Of a DNA stretch of 64,000 nucleotides, positions 61,220 to 64,000 are shown in pieces. Made by a program: the position numbers and the translations under genes. The stretch lies in sequence record PQ066597.1; one strand, 5' to 3'. Below the pieces are notes generated by a model. It was not told the DNA's origin. It searched no databases and was given only the letters and a program-made list of their open reading frames with translations. Within the stretch, counting starts at the first letter, position 1. The number at the start of each line of letters is the position of its first letter.

Positions 61220-61522
61220 TCATTGTGTGTCCTTGTTTTCGCTTGGTAAAGTGGACGGGTCGGTAATAATACCGAACTTGAGATACTTACGGGCTGCCAG
61301 ATCTTTAGAATCACCAACCGGCGGTTTGCCATCAAGCAATTCATTAACCATTCGATCATACAGCTCGATGGACATCACTCGATGGAAGCGCCAAGCGTAA
61401 AGAGTACCATCAGTTTTCTCAATCCATTGGTAAGGCCCTACAGTCATCCCATCTTCTGTATGGGCTTCTTTAACAATCAGTTTCATTTTCCTATTCCATA
61501 TATTTTTTAACACGGTTGTCAC
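61220..61522 (-). CDS. hypothetical protein
   Basis: ORF track; likely start MKLIVK. Confidence 0.6.
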   Translation of the reverse strand: MTTVLKNIWNRKMKLIVKEAHTEDGMTVGPYQWIEKTDGTLYAWRFHRVMSIELYDRMVNELLDGKPPVGDSKDLAARKYLKFGIITDPSTLPSENKDTQ

Positions 61523-61787
61523 TAATACATACCAGTGTTTTACTTGGATGGATATCTGTCTCTACTTTTGCGACATAAATATCATCTCGGTGTGGATATG
61601 TATCAGACCAATACCCGTTATTGAATAACGGGGGATGTATGTAAGCCACAACGGTTCCATCATAATTCATAGCCAGAAAACCATAAAGGTATTTCATCGG
61701 CAAAGTCAACTTAACCCCGTGGAAATCAACCCCGAAAGTAGGGCATACTTTATTATGAGAAACTAGTTTCATAATAACAATCTCCAT
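61491..61787 (-). CDS. hypothetical protein
   Basis: ORF track; likely start MKLVSH. Confidence 0.6.
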   Translation of the reverse strand: MEIVIMKLVSHNKVCPTFGVDFHGVKLTLPMKYLYGFLAMNYDGTVVAYIHPPLFNNGYWSDTYPHRDDIYVAKVETDIHPSKTLVCISDNRVKKYME

Positions 61788-62187
61788 AAATCATATCACC
61801 TATAAATCGAACAACGACTATTAGAATACCAAGACACCATAAGATTGCAGCTATCCCAAGATTTTCCAAAAACTTTTTGGTCTCCAAAGTCTCTACGTTG
61901 ATCAAGAACTGATGACCCTTCATATCAACTTTTTTACGAACCTCTTGTCTTGGATATTCCTTGGTAATGTACTTACCATACTCAGCAATAAGCTTATCAG
62001 ACTCGTAATTACTGAATCCACTTATATCAAAGTCGCATACAAGCATACCCTTTTGTGTGTGCTCTGGTTCGTAATAACACTCTTCTAATGTAGCTGGAAT
62101 ATCAACATATTTTATTTCCGGACCTTCAACAATATACCCGAAAACTAAGAATGTGTAAATCCAGAACAGGATGGTAAATTTTTTCAT
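61753..62187 (-). CDS. membrane protein
   Basis: N- and C-terminal TM segments. Confidence 0.65.
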   Translation of the reverse strand: MKKFTILFWIYTFLVFGYIVEGPEIKYVDIPATLEECYYEPEHTQKGMLVCDFDISGFSNYESDKLIAEYGKYITKEYPRQEVRKKVDMKGHQFLINVETLETKKFLENLGIAAILWCLGILIVVVRFIGDMIYGDCYYETSFS

Positions 62188-62621
62188 TCGTGTCTGACCC
62201 TATACAAATCGTGGTAGTTTGCAATTATTTTTTCGACAACCAGCGGTGTTTTCTCTAACATCAAATCGATGAAGTTACACATTTCCTCATCGGCTTGGAT
62301 GAAAGGATCTGCGCCATCGATAACTACCATACTCTGATACAGAGATACTTTCTCGATATGAAGAATACCAATTTTTCGTAATAGATTTTTTGTTACCTCG
62401 GCACGGATATATTTCTCGGTATAGAATCCACCAGCAAAGCTGTTATCTTGAAAATATTGGCATGTATTGACACGACGCTTGAAAATCCATCCAACCACCA
62501 TAGTTTCATTCATTCGGAGATTAACCCGAATATCAACCGCGTCATTAACCATAGACATGATTTTGGTATAGTTTTCGAGCGCCCTTTCTAACTGGGATTG
62601 GTTTATAGTTTTTAGACTCAT
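62184..62621 (-). CDS. hypothetical protein
   Basis: ORF track; AAGGGA RBS. Confidence 0.7.
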   Translation of the reverse strand: MSLKTINQSQLERALENYTKIMSMVNDAVDIRVNLRMNETMVVGWIFKRRVNTCQYFQDNSFAGGFYTEKYIRAEVTKNLLRKIGILHIEKVSLYQSMVVIDGADPFIQADEEMCNFIDLMLEKTPLVVEKIIANYHDLYRVRHE

Positions 62622-62631
62622 GATATATCCC

Positions 62632-63249
62632 TTAGATGGTTACATCATATTTATTTTTTGCTTCGGTTCGGATCTTGTATGCTTCTTGTTGAAAACTGTG
62701 ATACGTAGTCCGATTACGGCGAGACAGATCACTAACTTCTCTCAACCGGATATCTAGATTTTTTTGTTCTTCGTCAAGTTCACGAAGCTTACAACTGATT
62801 TCAAACAGTTTATCTTTTGCTTCTTGAATAGCCGGTTCATTTTTGGTGAATGATGCATTACCGGATGGCTTACCAACCTTCACAACAAAGGTAATTAAAT
62901 CACCAACGTTTATGGTTGACACTTTGAATACCCGACCAAGAAGATCTGCAACATCTTTGGCGATATGTTTGTTCTTGGTTGTGATCCGCACACCGTATTT
63001 TTCTCGGATCAAAGTGCAATTGACAAAACGAGAAAACACATATTGGTTTCGTTCTGCTTTGTTCGCACAAGGGTAGTACAACGGCCCCAGAATAGACTGG
63101 ACGGATTTACCATCAATCAGAATATTTTTATTGATAACACCACACAGGAAGTCAAACAGTTCCATTGTGTTGGTAACGTGTTTTTCAATGAGGCTAATAC
63201 GCTTGGTGATAGCAACAGATTTATCAGTTTTGGTAGTTTTCTTAAACAT
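62632..63249 (-). CDS. hypothetical protein with C-terminal coiled coil
   Basis: ORF track. Confidence 0.7.
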   Translation of the reverse strand: MFKKTTKTDKSVAITKRISLIEKHVTNTMELFDFLCGVINKNILIDGKSVQSILGPLYYPCANKAERNQYVFSRFVNCTLIREKYGVRITTKNKHIAKDVADLLGRVFKVSTINVGDLITFVVKVGKPSGNASFTKNEPAIQEAKDKLFEISCKLRELDEEQKNLDIRLREVSDLSRRNRTTYHSFQQEAYKIRTEAKNKYDVTI

Positions 63250-63254
63250 GAGAT

Positions 63255-63471
63255 TATCCTTGATTAAATTTGGTCTTAATTGTCTTCATTTTACCACATT
63301 CTTTACAACATACAATAACAACTTGTTCTTTTTGTGTCATTTTAGAAGGGATTCTACATTTTTTGGTCGTTCCAAAAGTTCGGTCAATCTAGCAATTTGT
63401 TCTGCTGGACTTTCTGTCGTATACTCAAAGATCACCTTCATATCGTGTTTACAAAATAGGGATTTGAACAT
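63255..63471 (-). pseudogene. small Cys-rich gene apparently split by a frameshift
   Basis: MFKSLFCKHD...ESLLK* (stop 63337-63339), then second frame MTQKEQVVIVCCKECGKMKTIKTKFNQG*. Confidence 0.4.
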
Positions 63472-63938
63472 TAATTAATTTCCTTACCAGTGATAGCATC
63501 AACAAAATAGAAGTGATTGATATTATCATCTTCGATGATATGTTTCATAATGTTAGAAAACAAATCAGATTCCATATCAAATACATCAGAAGAATAACCA
63601 CCTTTGTAACTGGGTGCTCCCCACGAAAAAGACTCTTTAACAGGACGAACAATCATTCCGGTGGTTGTCACACAATAAATATACACATTATTGTGTGACT
63701 CCGATTCTTCCATCAACTTATCGATGTTATTAAAAACAAACTCTTCATCAACGACTACACCACGAGGAACAAAATGACACAGTTGACGATCCGACTTTAG
63801 GACAAAAATCCGATGGTCATTCGGGGAGAATGCGGTGCAAGTATAAAACAAAGGTGTTCCATCAATCTCAATCAAACGATGGTTTTGACCGAACATACCA
63901 ACAGTAGAGAATCCAGAATTAGTGATTTTAATATTCAT
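63471..63938 (-). CDS. hypothetical protein
   Basis: ORF track; GAGG RBS. Confidence 0.7.
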   Translation of the reverse strand: MNIKITNSGFSTVGMFGQNHRLIEIDGTPLFYTCTAFSPNDHRIFVLKSDRQLCHFVPRGVVVDEEFVFNNIDKLMEESESHNNVYIYCVTTTGMIVRPVKESFSWGAPSYKGGYSSDVFDMESDLFSNIMKHIIEDDNINHFYFVDAITGKEIN

Positions 63939-64000
63939 AATAAATTCCTCATTAGGATTGATTTCGTTGTATGGATACTATCTCATACCATCATTTTGAT

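Noticed and set aside
10168-63698. Numerous + strand ORFs (60-234 aa) in the ORF track, e.g. 51394-52098, 44230-44790, 52935-53477, 47752-48306
   Set aside because: They lie antisense to well-formed - strand genes, lack RBSs and read as low-complexity shadow translations.
1-64000. CRISPR array, integrase/att site, IS element
   Set aside because: No regularly spaced repeat-spacer array, recombinase or transposase motifs found; the repeats present are promoters, RBS duplications or intragenic.

Overview
64 kb segment of a large lytic T4-like (Straboviridae) phage genome. It is AT-rich, densely coding and shows no integrase or CRISPR array. An Aeromonas/Vibrio-type host is only an inference from gene content and the CTAAATA late promoters. 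The + strand (1-10545) carries early/middle ORFs, a cluster of 10 CCA-encoding tRNAs, a late module (P-loop kinase with a T4-type capsid-targeting N-terminus, Hoc, ParB/Srx-like protein) and thymidine kinase. From 10577 to the end the real genes are on the - strand: lysozyme e, a gp36-type long tail fibre, i/o-spanins, a macrodomain, a Mom-like DNA-modification enzyme, an ADP-ribosyltransferase-like ORF, asiA, topoisomerase gp52 and YqeY. These are followed by about 40 kb of small early genes driven by repeated early promoters. That stretch includes an N6-adenine-type MTase, a GNAT, about 13 GoF/ComC-alpha-like paralogs, Pin-like SH3 domains, three CxxC lipoproteins, a MazG fusion, a Zn-ribbon/GIY-YIG homing endonuclease and a possibly degenerate PolB palm. 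The most striking unexplained signal is that almost every spacer of the tRNA cluster (3300-6010) folds into a multi-stem structure. These include a ~440-480 nt ornate RNA with long-range closing helices and a pseudoknot, and a ~240 nt element with mutually exclusive terminator/antiterminator pairings. All homology calls are from motif recognition by eye; no searches were run.
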